Origin: Methanoregulaceae archaeon | Lineage (GTDB): Archaea; Halobacteriota; Methanomicrobia; Methanomicrobiales; Methanospirillaceae | Assembly: GCA_050015095.1 (NCBI GenBank) | Contig: JBEKCC010000003.1 | Coordinates: 27,388 to 91,387 of the forward strand | DNA: 64,000 nt | Direction of reading: 5' to 3' | In this document: in pieces, positions 10,622 through 20,612 of the stretch | Numbering within the stretch: position 1 is the first letter of the stretch | Layout of the letters: each line of letters starts with the position of its first letter | The notes under the pieces: model-generated | Told to the model about the DNA's origin: nothing | Databases searched by the model: none | The model's input: the letters and a program-made list of their open reading frames with translations, nothing else | Position numbers and translations under genes: made by a program

Positions 10622-11193
10622 GCTCCTACTCCAAACAGAAAGTTACGAACAACCTTTTCTCCTTCCTGCGAAAGGATGCTCTCAGGGTGAAACTGAATCC
10701 CGTATATTGGATATGTGCGATGTCTCAATCCCATAACATACCCATCATCACAGCTCTCTGCAGACACAACTAGATCATCTGGAAGTGTATTGCGATCCGC
10801 GACGAGTGAGTGATAGCGTGTAGCGGTGAACGGGTTTGATATACCAGAAAAAATACTCGTACCGTCGTGCTGTATTTGGGAAACCTTACCATGCATTAAG
10901 TGGCCTGCTCTGACGACATCTCCCCCATATGCAACACATATCGCTTGGTGACCAAGACATACACCGAGAGTTGGTATCCGTTTGCTTAACGTTAAGAGAA
11001 CATCGTTGCAAACACCACAATCTTCTGGGCGACCTGGACCAGGAGAGAGAATTATCCGGTCACAGGGTATTTTCTGTACTTGGTCGAACGGCGTATCATT
11101 AGTAACAACGGTGGGTTCAGCCCCCAAGACTCCGACTTGCTGGACGAGATTATAGGTGAAGCTATCATAACAGTCAATAATGAGGACCTTCAT
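10618..11193 (-). CDS. trpG: anthranilate synthase component II (glutamine amidotransferase)
   Basis: Contains [10 protein letters not shown] (catalytic Cys) and [10 protein letters not shown]. Confidence 0.9.
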   Translation of the reverse strand: MKVLIIDCYDSFTYNLVQQVGVLGAEPTVVTNDTPFDQVQKIPCDRIILSPGPGRPEDCGVCNDVLLTLSKRIPTLGVCLGHQAICVAYGGDVVRAGHLMHGKVSQIQHDGTSIFSGISNPFTATRYHSLVADRNTLPDDLVVSAESCDDGYVMGLRHRTYPIYGIQFHPESILSQEGEKVVRNFLFGVGA

Positions 11194-12689
11194 TGATATC
11201 TCCCTCCCAATTCGATTGCTTTCAACATTGCCTGAGCTTTGTTCTCTGTCTCATACCATTCCTTCTCAGGATCAGAGTCGGCAACAATCCCGGCCCCTAC
11301 TTGAATAGACGCCTTCGATCCATGAACAATGATTGTTCGAATAGTGATTGCAAACTCAAGATTTCGATCGAATCCAATGTATCCAACCGCTCCAGCATAC
11401 AATCCTCTCCGATCAGGCTCTACTTCATCGATAATCTGCATGGCACGAATTTTCGGTGCTCCAGAAACAGTTCCAGCGGGAAAACAAGATTTAAAAGCTT
11501 CATAACCGTCCAAGTTATCTTGTAATATTCCTTTTACCGTCGAAACGATATGCTGCACATGGGAGAACTTCTCAACACCCATGAAATCCTCCACCCGCAC
11601 AGAACCGAATTTGCAGATTCTCCCAATATCATTTCTGGCAAGATCGACAAGCATCGTATGTTCTGCTCTCTCTTTCTCATCAGCGAGAAGCTGTTCTGCA
11701 AGATACTTATCTTCCTCAGGTGTCGCACCTCGCAATCGGGTGCCGGCAATTGGGACTGTGGTCACTTTCCGTTTCTCGATCCGAACAAGCATTTCAGGAC
11801 TTGCTCCAATTACTTTCAGGTTACCGAAATCGAGATAGTACATATAGGGACTGGGATTGATCTCTCGGAGAGCTCGATAGATTAAGAATGGATCTGAATT
11901 GATATCGACCTCAATCCTTCGTGACAGTACGGCTTGGAAAATATCGCCTGCTTTAATGTACTCCTTTACGCGTGTGACTGACTGTTCAAAAGCGTCCTTT
12001 GAGAGATACTCGGTGTATTTGAGTGACCGTTCATCAGGCAAAGATTGGAGTGGTTTTTTATCTTTACTATATTCTAATCGCTCGATTTCTTCGGCACTTT
12101 CAAGTATCCTTTTCCTGCTCTTTTCGTATTCTTGAACTATGTCAGAGTCATATGTCAGTAGCGGGCTGCAAAAAATGTACAATTTTTTATCCAGGTGGTC
12201 GAAAACAATACAATCCTTTGTAAGCATGAACTGGGTTATCGGTAGATTGGAAGATGGTTTTGAGCTTTTTAAGATATTTTTATTCAAGGAATACACGAGA
12301 TCATACGCAAAATAACCTACCATACCGCCAAAAAACCGTGGTGCTTTGATGTTGACAAAGTTGAAACGCTGCAGGATTGATTTTATTTTATCAACAGGAT
12401 TCTGACCATCTGGATTTTTCGCAATTGAAGTATACGGTTCTTCACCTTTCAGTTCGATAGATTCGTCAATGGTCACCATCAATTCCGGATCTATGCCGAT
12501 ATAGGAATACCTCGCAATTTTTTCACTCCCTTCAATGGATTCGAGAAGATATCCATACGTTTTTCTTATGTTTGAAAACAACTCAAGTGGTGAGAGGTTT
12601 GGTACCGGAATCTCAGCACAAAGTGGTATAACAAGAGGTTTTGCTTGATGCTCAACAACAGCAAGATATTCTTCAATACCCAAGTTCAA
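11190..12689 (-). CDS. trpE: anthranilate synthase component I
   Basis: Contains [24 protein letters not shown] and [21 protein letters not shown]. The track start at 12689 is a TTG codon, and there is no upstream ATG in frame. Confidence 0.9.
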   Translation of the reverse strand: MNLGIEEYLAVVEHQAKPLVIPLCAEIPVPNLSPLELFSNIRKTYGYLLESIEGSEKIARYSYIGIDPELMVTIDESIELKGEEPYTSIAKNPDGQNPVDKIKSILQRFNFVNIKAPRFFGGMVGYFAYDLVYSLNKNILKSSKPSSNLPITQFMLTKDCIVFDHLDKKLYIFCSPLLTYDSDIVQEYEKSRKRILESAEEIERLEYSKDKKPLQSLPDERSLKYTEYLSKDAFEQSVTRVKEYIKAGDIFQAVLSRRIEVDINSDPFLIYRALREINPSPYMYYLDFGNLKVIGASPEMLVRIEKRKVTTVPIAGTRLRGATPEEDKYLAEQLLADEKERAEHTMLVDLARNDIGRICKFGSVRVEDFMGVEKFSHVQHIVSTVKGILQDNLDGYEAFKSCFPAGTVSGAPKIRAMQIIDEVEPDRRGLYAGAVGYIGFDRNLEFAITIRTIIVHGSKASIQVGAGIVADSDPEKEWYETENKAQAMLKAIELGGRYQ

Positions 12690-12781
12690 GGATAATCCCT
12701 TGATACTAGGGTTTCTTCCCAGTCCAACGGCATCTGCCCCTTGGTTTTCAATGGACTAATATTCATACACCTTGTGGGTTT

Positions 12782-12833
12782 TGTACACTTATATACATTG
12801 TTGTTCATTTTTGTGTATTAATGTATAAAAATA
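12782..12833. promoter_or_regulatory. divergent promoter region between trpE and proline dehydrogenase, with TGTACA/TGTATA boxes
   Basis: The sequence is tTGTACActTATATAcattgttgttcatttttGTGTAttaaTGTATAAAAata. A minus-strand TATATAAG (12790-12797) faces trpE. A plus-strand TATAAAA (about 12824-12830) faces the ProDH gene. Confidence 0.35.
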
Positions 12834-12895
12834 TCATGAATCGCGTATCCGCATCAAATTGATATCTTCTGCTAGGGTATCTTGGATAGGTTAAC

Positions 12896-13696
12896 GTGGA
12901 CAATCGATGGACACTTCGAGATCTAAACGAAGTGGTGCAATGGTGTTCTTTGCGGAACACTCAAGGAATTCGTTGCACGATAGCAACGCTGACAGAATAT
13001 GCAAAGACTCCCGATCAAGCCCTTCAATCATTTGAGTTGAATATAGATTGTATCAAAACAATCGCAGAACACTCACTCAACTCATCTTTATCGGTAAAAC
13101 CAACATCGATCGGAATCCTTTTTGACCGTAACGAATACTTCCGAAACTTAAATTTGCTGTTCCATGAGGCACAAGACCATCACGTAGGATTTGAGATCGA
13201 TATGGAAGGTCGGAATTTCGTGGCTGATACCCTTTATTCTGCTCTAGAATTGGCCAAAGAGAAACAACCGGTAACAGTTGCTTTGCAGGCATATTTAGAT
13301 CGCACATTCCAAGACATTGACTTATGCAAGATGAATGGAATTAGTGTGCGGTTAGTTAAAGGATCGTATTTTGGAGACCGCAATGATTTTGCAACGATCA
13401 AATCGAAAATGCAACAATACGTAGAGAAACTGTTGTCAAAACAGACACTGTTTTCAATTGGAACGCATGATCCAGAACTGATTGAATGGCTCAAAAACCA
13501 GATTACAAAACAAAAAAATCTCGTTGAATTTGGGTTTTTAAAGGGACTTGCAGATCGCACAAAAATTGAAATGGTGTCGCAAGGTTATCAGATTGCCGAG
13601 TATGTACCATTCGGTCCGAAAGGAGATGCTTATATCTTGAGACGCGAACGGTACCTTGAAACCCTCAAGCAACTCAACCGATCTCCAGTCCCATAA
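12896..13696 (+). CDS. proline dehydrogenase (monofunctional PutA-type ProDH family)
   Basis: Family motifs appear in the expected order: SVKPTSIG, EIDMEG, ALQAYLDR, VRLVKGSY, IGTHD, EFGFLKGL, EYVPFG, AYILRRERY. The start codon is GTG. Confidence 0.8.
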   Translation: MDNRWTLRDLNEVVQWCSLRNTQGIRCTIATLTEYAKTPDQALQSFELNIDCIKTIAEHSLNSSLSVKPTSIGILFDRNEYFRNLNLLFHEAQDHHVGFEIDMEGRNFVADTLYSALELAKEKQPVTVALQAYLDRTFQDIDLCKMNGISVRLVKGSYFGDRNDFATIKSKMQQYVEKLLSKQTLFSIGTHDPELIEWLKNQITKQKNLVEFGFLKGLADRTKIEMVSQGYQIAEYVPFGPKGDAYILRRERYLETLKQLNRSPVP

Positions 13697-13702
13697 AATT
13701 TA

Positions 13703-16700
13703 TTATATTCGGTTTTTCCACCACCCAAAGTAAGCAACAACGGGAATAATTGCAATCACAATTGCCATCGCTATTGGATTTTCCAATATAATTCCGAAGA
13801 GCCATGTGAACATCCCCACATCGGTGATAATGGCTGGCTTCTGGAAGGGTGTTATTGGTGTTGGTGAAGAAATGGGTACAGGGCGGGACTCTTTAATTTT
13901 CGCTGTCCCAGGCTCGGAAGATTTTTGTTCGGTGGCCTTTTGTTCTGGGAAGTTGACTTGTTGAGATTCGCCTTGAACCTGGCCACCAGATCGACTTCCC
14001 CCGGAGCCACCTCCCCCACCACTAACTCCGTAAGTACCGGCATTACTAGATTGAGCAGTCCCCGCACTTTCAGTATTAGTTCCCGCAGAACCCGTGGTAC
14101 CTCCTTGGTTACCCTGTGACGCAGCTTGCTGTGCAGCTAGTGAGACCAACCCAAAAATCGAAAGCCCATTCGGTGAGTCCGCTTCAAACACGTCATTTGC
14201 ACCATCACGCCCTAAGAATCGGGTAGTGAGCATCTCTATTGTTGCCCCGTCATCTGAATATCGAATAATCTTGATTGCATCTGTTGTTGGGCCATGGCTT
14301 TGAACCCAAGCATCGCTGATGCTCATTGTAATTTTTGCGGCAATATGGCCAGTAATGGTTGTGAGATTAGTGTCTATCAACTGTGCATTTTTCACTTCAA
14401 GTGAATAAGCGACATCCTTGACATCCTGTCCATTGGTATTAGCAACCAGCTGGAAACCGTTAAATACATCGCTACTTACTCCTTGGATGACGTTTGTTTC
14501 AACAGGGACATTTTCAACGTATTGTTTTAAGGATACATTTAAAGATGTTGAAACTGTCCCAACACTTGGGTCTAAAGCCACAGTCTGAGGTTGACTTTCG
14601 ACATTGACTTCCTGAACGTTATTCATAATAAGATTTCCAGATTGTGTAGCATCGACATTATTTGCAACAAATGTCATGGCTTTCCAGGCATTGTCGGGAT
14701 TTTGGATCGTTACGGTTTGGCCTGTATAGCTAACAACTCCACCAGCATTGGCGACATTTGCGACATTTAAATCCAATATTGGTGTTGTTTCTGCGGCTTC
14801 TGAAGTATTATATGTCAAACCACTAACTGAAGTGGACGTTGTTGTAGTATTTGCTAAAATAGAGATGTCATGTGTGATGTCGTTTACTTGCCCACCATAA
14901 TCTGTTACAGTAAGTTTCACATAATACACACCAGATTTTAAGAAACTATGATCGATACTAGCGGTAGTGCCTATAGTATTATCACCAAAATCCCATTCGT
15001 ATTCAGTAATTTGGCCTCCAGTACTTGTTGAAACGAAGTGAACTTGATTTTGTTGTCCTTCCATTTGTTCTGGTGGATCCCAAGTATATTGTGCTACAAG
15101 TTGGACTGGACTAACCGTGATGTAATTCATCTTGGATTCGGTATTGCTACCTCCGTCATTGGATACAGTCAGTTGCACAGTGTATGACCCAGTATTTGTA
15201 TACTGATGCGATGGATTCTGTTCAGTAGATGTAAGGCCATCTCCAAACGTCCATAACCTTGATGTCACGGATTCAGTCGATGTATCCGTGAACTGAACGG
15301 TTAGCGGACGCATTCCTGATGTGTAGTCACTAGTAAAACCTGCTACCGGTGGGACTATACTAACCGTAATATAATTGTTCTTGATTTTGGTATCATTGCC
15401 ACCGGCATTGGATACCATCAAATTTACTGTATACGTCCCGACACTTGTGTAAGTATGAGATGGGCTCGCGAAGGAAGAGTCTGTCGTGTTGACCCATATT
15501 CCATCACCAAAACTCCAGTTCCACATCGTGGGTGACCCCCCTGTGGATCTATCTGTGAACTGAACAGTTAATGGAACAATTCCTGATGCAGGTACTCTAG
15601 TAAACCCAGCCACAGGCGGCGGTGGAAGAACAGTGATGTAGTCTGTTTTCGTATCACTGCCACCAGCATTTGATACTATAAGTGTCACCGTATATGTCTG
15701 AGGATTCGTGTATTGATGGGTTGGTGGATTTCTATTCCCAATCTCTGTTGTATTGTACCAAGGTGTCCCATCACCAAAACTCCAGTTCCACATTGTCGGA
15801 GTTCCAGTCGATGCATCCATAAATGCAACAGTTAACGGAACAGTGCCTGATGTAGGTACGTCAGTGAAACCCGCTACCGGGGGCGGTGGATTTACTGTAA
15901 ACCCGCCACTTTTCGTCCCAGACTGTTCATCCGGGTTCGTGACCACTACGTCCCATGAACCAGCTGTTGCTCCAGACGGAATCTCTATCGTACATGTGAT
16001 CTTGTTCGATGAGACAACATTGACACCGGTTGCTGTGATATCAGTCTGACCCATATGCAGGTTGACGGTCGGAGTACCATAGAACCCAGTACCGGCAAGA
16101 TTTGTAATACTAACAGAAGTTCCACTGGTACCCGTGCTCGGATCAATACTGCCAACCGTCGGTGCTGGTACGCTTGTGATGTACCCGAGTTTGGTCTCTG
16201 AATTGCTGCTGCCACCCGCATTTGTTGCCGTGAGACGGATGTCATAAGTGCCTGCCGGGAACGCGTATGAGGGGTTCTGTGTAATAGCAAATTGCGTCCA
16301 GTCTACCGTTACATTCTTGTACTCCCAGTTCCACGATGTCGGAGTGTTTGTGGACTGGTCAGTGAACGATACCGAGAGCGGGGCAATACCAGAACGTGGC
16401 GTCGTGTTGGTGAACGCTGCTACCGGGGGTTGTGAAAGAACCGTGATGTAACCATCCTCGGATTTGGTATTACTCCCGCCGGCATTGGATACCGTCAGAT
16501 TCACCGTATATGTCTGCGGATTCGTGTATTGATGGAGTGGTGGATCTTTATTCAAAGATTCAGTCGTATTGTACCAAGTTCCATCACCAAAACTCCAGTT
16601 CCACATCGTGGGAGGTCCTCCTGTGGATCTATCCGTGAACTGAACACTAAGTGGAGTGATACCAGAACGTGGCGTCGTGTTGGTGAACGCTGCTACCGGG

Positions 16701-18472
16701 GGTTGTGGAAGTACCGTGATGTAATCTATTAACTTCGTAGTATTGGTAGCATACAGATTAGATGCTGTTTCGCTGATGGTATATGTTCCTTGCTTTGAAT
16801 AAATGTGGGAAGCGTTGAATGTGGGGAGTGATGATGTGTTGCTGAAAGTTCCATCCCCCCACGTCCAATTCACCCATGTAGCATTATTATTCATGTTCGT
16901 GAGGTTGAATTGGACTGTGAGTGGTGTCAAACCTGAAATCGGAGTTCCGGTAAAGCCGGTTGTTGTTATACCGTAAACGGTAATGTGGTTCTGGTTTGTT
17001 GCCGTTGAGGTATCATATTGATTTGACGCTGTTTCATTGACGGTATATGTTCCGGGAGTGATATAGATGTGGGTAGTGTTTGCTAACGTTACTGAAGAAA
17101 TATTTGCAACAGAACCATCACCGAAACTCCAGTTCCACCATGTCGCATTATCATAGGGAAGAGTTCGGTTGTATTGGATATTTAGGGGTGCTACTCCTGC
17201 GGTGGGCTTTCCATTGAAACCGCTTTGCGTGTGATTATTAACCTGAATATAATTGGTCAATGTCGTTGTGTTTCTTGCATATGGGTTAGCGGTGATTAAA
17301 GTGACCGAATAAAGCCCGCCACTTGAGTAGGTATACGAGGCATTGGCGTTGGCAACGCTTGTGGTATTAAACCAAGTACCTGTCCCAAATGTCCAGTTCC
17401 ACATCGTCGCATTATCATTTGGGATTGTCCTATAAAATTGGACTAATAATGGATAGAAACCTGGAGTCTGCGTTCCTCTAAATCCACTTGCCGTCTGGCT
17501 ATAAGCATTAATATAATTTGTCTGCGTTGTGGTATTTGTTGAATATCGATTCGCTGCGGTTTCTGATACAGTATATGTTCCTTGCTTTGTATAGATGTGG
17601 GAAGCGTTGAATGTGGGGACTGATGATGTGTTGCTGAAAGTTCCATCCCCCCACGTCCAATTCACCCATAAGGCATTATTATTCATGTTCGTGAGGTTGA
17701 ATTGGATTTTGAGTGGTGTTAAACCTGAAGTTGGGGTTCCAGTAAAGCCGGCTATTGGTAGTTGTGGAAGAACCGTTATCACCGACACGTTATCAAGAAG
17801 CACTCCAATGGAATTTGGAACTCCCTGATCAGAAAATTCAAGTCTAGTTTGAGTGGCAGTGGCATTAGCGAGAAGGGGTTGGGTGGTGTGTGTTTCCCAT
17901 TGTAGGATCTCATTAGTAACTGATGTGCTATTTAGAACAAAATGCCCGTCCCAAGAAAATGCAAGTTTGCAATCATTAACGTCACGGCAGGCTTGAGCAT
18001 ATGATACCACATAATAATTACCAGGAATTGTATCAATCATCTGCCAGATTCTCACATTTGCCGGCTCACCACTGAGGATACCATGAGGACCATCCCAATC
18101 AGTATCTAGTTCCGCCCATTGCGATCCATTTTTCGCAATAAAGCCATTGAATACCCCATTTTTCTGCAATTCTAGGTTTGCAACACTTGGACGAGTATGT
18201 CCGTTAAAAGATTCTGAACCACCAATCCATTCAACATTCCATCCGAGATTCTGATAACCGCTGGGGAAAATGTCCCAATTACTGGAATCTGTAACGTTCG
18301 GGGTTTCAAACCCGCCATTCACGACATTAGGAGGAGGTAATGGCGTCACGGATCCAACTCCTACACTCACAAGAATCATCACAAAGATTATTCCAATGAC
18401 CAGCGGTCGTTTCATATCATTCAGTCCTTGCAAAAATAGAGGTACCCGAAGGAATCGATGAAATACTAACAA
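13703..18472 (-). CDS. giant surface protein: N-terminal lectin/CBM-like domain, about 12 PKD modules, one IPT/TIG domain, Gly/Ser-rich stalk and a C-terminal TM anchor
   Basis: The WNWSFGDG / WTWGDGTFSNTS and YTV.L.VSN.GG PKD signatures recur. An IPT-like segment reads PTVGSIDPSTGTSGTSVSITNLAGTGFYG. The C-terminal hydrophobic helix is followed by WWKNRI. The more likely start is MKRPLVIGIIF at 18415. Confidence 0.85.
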   Translation of the reverse strand: MLVFHRFLRVPLFLQGLNDMKRPLVIGIIFVMILVSVGVGSVTPLPPPNVVNGGFETPNVTDSSNWDIFPSGYQNLGWNVEWIGGSESFNGHTRPSVANLELQKNGVFNGFIAKNGSQWAELDTDWDGPHGILSGEPANVRIWQMIDTIPGNYYVVSYAQACRDVNDCKLAFSWDGHFVLNSTSVTNEILQWETHTTQPLLANATATQTRLEFSDQGVPNSIGVLLDNVSVITVLPQLPIAGFTGTPTSGLTPLKIQFNLTNMNNNALWVNWTWGDGTFSNTSSVPTFNASHIYTKQGTYTVSETAANRYSTNTTTQTNYINAYSQTASGFRGTQTPGFYPLLVQFYRTIPNDNATMWNWTFGTGTWFNTTSVANANASYTYSSGGLYSVTLITANPYARNTTTLTNYIQVNNHTQSGFNGKPTAGVAPLNIQYNRTLPYDNATWWNWSFGDGSVANISSVTLANTTHIYITPGTYTVNETASNQYDTSTATNQNHITVYGITTTGFTGTPISGLTPLTVQFNLTNMNNNATWVNWTWGDGTFSNTSSLPTFNASHIYSKQGTYTISETASNLYATNTTKLIDYITVLPQPPVAAFTNTTPRSGITPLSVQFTDRSTGGPPTMWNWSFGDGTWYNTTESLNKDPPLHQYTNPQTYTVNLTVSNAGGSNTKSEDGYITVLSQPPVAAFTNTTPRSGIAPLSVSFTDQSTNTPTSWNWEYKNVTVDWTQFAITQNPSYAFPAGTYDIRLTATNAGGSSNSETKLGYITSVPAPTVGSIDPSTGTSGTSVSITNLAGTGFYGTPTVNLHMGQTDITATGVNVVSSNKITCTIEIPSGATAGSWDVVVTNPDEQSGTKSGGFTVNPPPPVAGFTDVPTSGTVPLTVAFMDASTGTPTMWNWSFGDGTPWYNTTEIGNRNPPTHQYTNPQTYTVTLIVSNAGGSDTKTDYITVLPPPPVAGFTRVPASGIVPLTVQFTDRSTGGSPTMWNWSFGDGIWVNTTDSSFASPSHTYTSVGTYTVNLMVSNAGGNDTKIKNNYITVSIVPPVAGFTSDYTSGMRPLTVQFTDTSTESVTSRLWTFGDGLTSTEQNPSHQYTNTGSYTVQLTVSNDGGSNTESKMNYITVSPVQLVAQYTWDPPEQMEGQQNQVHFVSTSTGGQITEYEWDFGDNTIGTTASIDHSFLKSGVYYVKLTVTDYGGQVNDITHDISILANTTTTSTSVSGLTYNTSEAAETTPILDLNVANVANAGGVVSYTGQTVTIQNPDNAWKAMTFVANNVDATQSGNLIMNNVQEVNVESQPQTVALDPSVGTVSTSLNVSLKQYVENVPVETNVIQGVSSDVFNGFQLVANTNGQDVKDVAYSLEVKNAQLIDTNLTTITGHIAAKITMSISDAWVQSHGPTTDAIKIIRYSDDGATIEMLTTRFLGRDGANDVFEADSPNGLSIFGLVSLAAQQAASQGNQGGTTGSAGTNTESAGTAQSSNAGTYGVSGGGGGSGGSRSGGQVQGESQQVNFPEQKATEQKSSEPGTAKIKESRPVPISSPTPITPFQKPAIITDVGMFTWLFGIILENPIAMAIVIAIIPVVAYFGWWKNRI
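16779..17751. repeat. near-identical 181-nt direct repeat pair inside the PKD gene (16779-16959 and 17571-17751)
   Basis: The two copies are exactly 792 nt apart. I counted about 13 mismatches in 181 nt by hand. A second 66-nt pair (16386-16451 and 16659-16724, offset 273 nt) has 2 mismatches. Confidence 0.8.
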
Positions 18473-18996
18473 ATGCAGTGTTTAGCAGCCTAAACTGTTG
18501 AACCATAAAACGAATTACAATAAGACGTAAAATTGAGTGTAAAATATTCGTTATTTTTCCTGGTTGCTGCTTCCTATCCATTAGTCAATTCCTCCTGCTT
18601 ATCAAACTCTTCCCTTGAATGATAGAGTGCGGAATGGCTGGAATTGCTGAGTGGCGGTAGTTTATAACGTAAATTGATAGTTTAGCAGATGATTGTTGAG
18701 TACTGGGTCTTCTGCTTAGATTTTTGGAAGAGAATACACTTTGTGTAGTTTTAGTTTAAAATCCTCCTATATGATACAAGATACAAATATAATTTTTCTA
18801 CTTTGCATTTTTATATAAATATCAACGTATGGAGATATTATTTTCAAATAAATAAATATACCGTATTAAATATGAGCTATATATGACTATATCAGAATAT
18901 ATACCACATAACGCTAGGGATTTTGATTTTCAGAAGAGAATATTATCGTTAGATTGTTAACAATTCAGTAGCGGGCATACTTTATGATTTCAAATA

Positions 18997-20565
18997 TTAT
19001 AATTTCGTCTGAGTTTGCTCTCTCATATACGAAAGTAAATAATAAGGTCCGCCAATTCCCTTACCGGACGAACTGCTACCTTTCCATCCAACAAATGATT
19101 GAGATCCAGGCCACGCCCCGGTTGTTGCACCACCACGCCTGTTTGCGTACGCGACACCAAACTGAATATTGTCAAAGAAATAGTCAACCTCGTCTCTATC
19201 TTCAGAGAAAATACCCGCCGTAAGTCCGTACTCAGTATTATTTGCTTCAATCATGGCTTCTTGAAGGGTTGAAACCGTTTCAACAATAACAAATGGTATG
19301 AATAGTTCCCTCTTTTGCAATGGGTGTCCTCTTGTAAGTTGGGTTACAACAGTAGGTTGAACATAATTCCCATAGAAAAAATTACCGTCGGCAATTACTT
19401 CTCCACCAATAACAATTTTTCCACCATCCTTTTTCACTTGATCGACAGCATCTCGGTACTTTTTCATTGCGTTTGCATCAATCAACGGGCCAATGGAAGT
19501 GTCCTTATTCCGAGGATCACCAATAACAAGGGTCTTTATCTGATTAACAAGTACCTTAACAAATTGATCTGCAATTGATATGTGAACATAGACTCGCGAT
19601 GTTGCACTACATTTTTGGCCACTATAGCCATACGAAGATTTTACCACACCAGATACAGCTTTCTTGAGATCAGCTCGTTCAGTTACAATAACCGGGTTTT
19701 TGCTTCCAGTTTCAGTTATAACTGGTTTTGGGTACGGTTGTTTTGTTGTAAAAGCACGATGCAAGAACAAACCAACTTCACGGGAACCCGTAAATGCAAT
19801 GCCATCAATATTTGGGTTTCCCGTGATAATATTGCCAAATATCTCACCGGGGCCGGTAATGTATTGAATACCCGCAGGAGGAAAGCCGGCGGTAATGAGT
19901 GCCTTGTAGAGTTTTAATGCGGAGTATGGTGCGAGACTGGTCGGTTTCAGGACAACCGAATTACCTGTGATAAGGGCTGCTCCAACCATCCCTGCAGCAA
20001 GACTAAGGGAGAAATTAAACGGTGATATAACCGCCCATGCACCGTAAGGTCGCATGACGCTTCGGCACTTTGCTTTCGGTTTTTCGGGTTTCATCGGAAC
20101 GATGAACCCCTTATTTTTCTTATAGATATCAACATGATATCGAAGCATATCGACTGCTTCACTCACTTCAGCGATCGCTTCGTATCGGTTCTTTCCGGTT
20201 TCATAGGTGATAAGTGCGGACAAGAGAAATTTTTGAGAGTCGATAATATCTGCAGATTTTTGTATGATTTTTACACGCTGATTCCAATTCAAATCTTTCC
20301 ATTCAAGAAATCCTTGTTTTGCGGTATTAATTGCCGTTCGGATTTGATTTGGTGTTGCGGTCTGGAATTTGCCGACAAGGATCCTTTTATCAAACGGTGA
20401 TCTCACCTCAAATTCTGGAGCAGAGTAAATTTCCTTTCCTCCTATAAAGAGTGGATGTGAGTTACCGAGTTCGGGTCCAATTTTCTCGAGAGCTCTTTCA
20501 TATTCCTTGTGTATGCTCTCATCAACGAGAAGATCGATATAGGTCACTTTTTTTCCTTTTTTCAT
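18997..20565 (-). CDS. pruA: L-glutamate gamma-semialdehyde (1-pyrroline-5-carboxylate) dehydrogenase, ALDH family
   Basis: It aligns along its length to RocA/PruA-type enzymes as I recall them: VISPFNFSLSLAAG, ITETGSKN, YGYSGQKCSATSR (catalytic Cys), ANNTEYGLTAGIFS. Confidence 0.75.
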   Translation of the reverse strand: MKKGKKVTYIDLLVDESIHKEYERALEKIGPELGNSHPLFIGGKEIYSAPEFEVRSPFDKRILVGKFQTATPNQIRTAINTAKQGFLEWKDLNWNQRVKIIQKSADIIDSQKFLLSALITYETGKNRYEAIAEVSEAVDMLRYHVDIYKKNKGFIVPMKPEKPKAKCRSVMRPYGAWAVISPFNFSLSLAAGMVGAALITGNSVVLKPTSLAPYSALKLYKALITAGFPPAGIQYITGPGEIFGNIITGNPNIDGIAFTGSREVGLFLHRAFTTKQPYPKPVITETGSKNPVIVTERADLKKAVSGVVKSSYGYSGQKCSATSRVYVHISIADQFVKVLVNQIKTLVIGDPRNKDTSIGPLIDANAMKKYRDAVDQVKKDGGKIVIGGEVIADGNFFYGNYVQPTVVTQLTRGHPLQKRELFIPFVIVETVSTLQEAMIEANNTEYGLTAGIFSEDRDEVDYFFDNIQFGVAYANRRGGATTGAWPGSQSFVGWKGSSSSGKGIGGPYYLLSYMREQTQTKL

Positions 20566-20612
20566 ATCAATAACCCTCTACTCTTTTTGGGTTCCCACAC
20601 ACCCTGAATTTT

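Noticed and set aside
13234-13560. 108-aa ORF antisense to the proline dehydrogenase gene
   Set aside because: The ProDH frame carries the complete ordered motif set. The antisense translation is Ser/Cys/Phe-rich with no motif.
13703-13800. PGF-CTERM / archaeosortase sorting signal at the C-terminus of the PKD protein
   Set aside because: The C-terminus is a hydrophobic helix followed by WWKNRI, but no PGF tripeptide precedes it. I therefore call it only a TM anchor.
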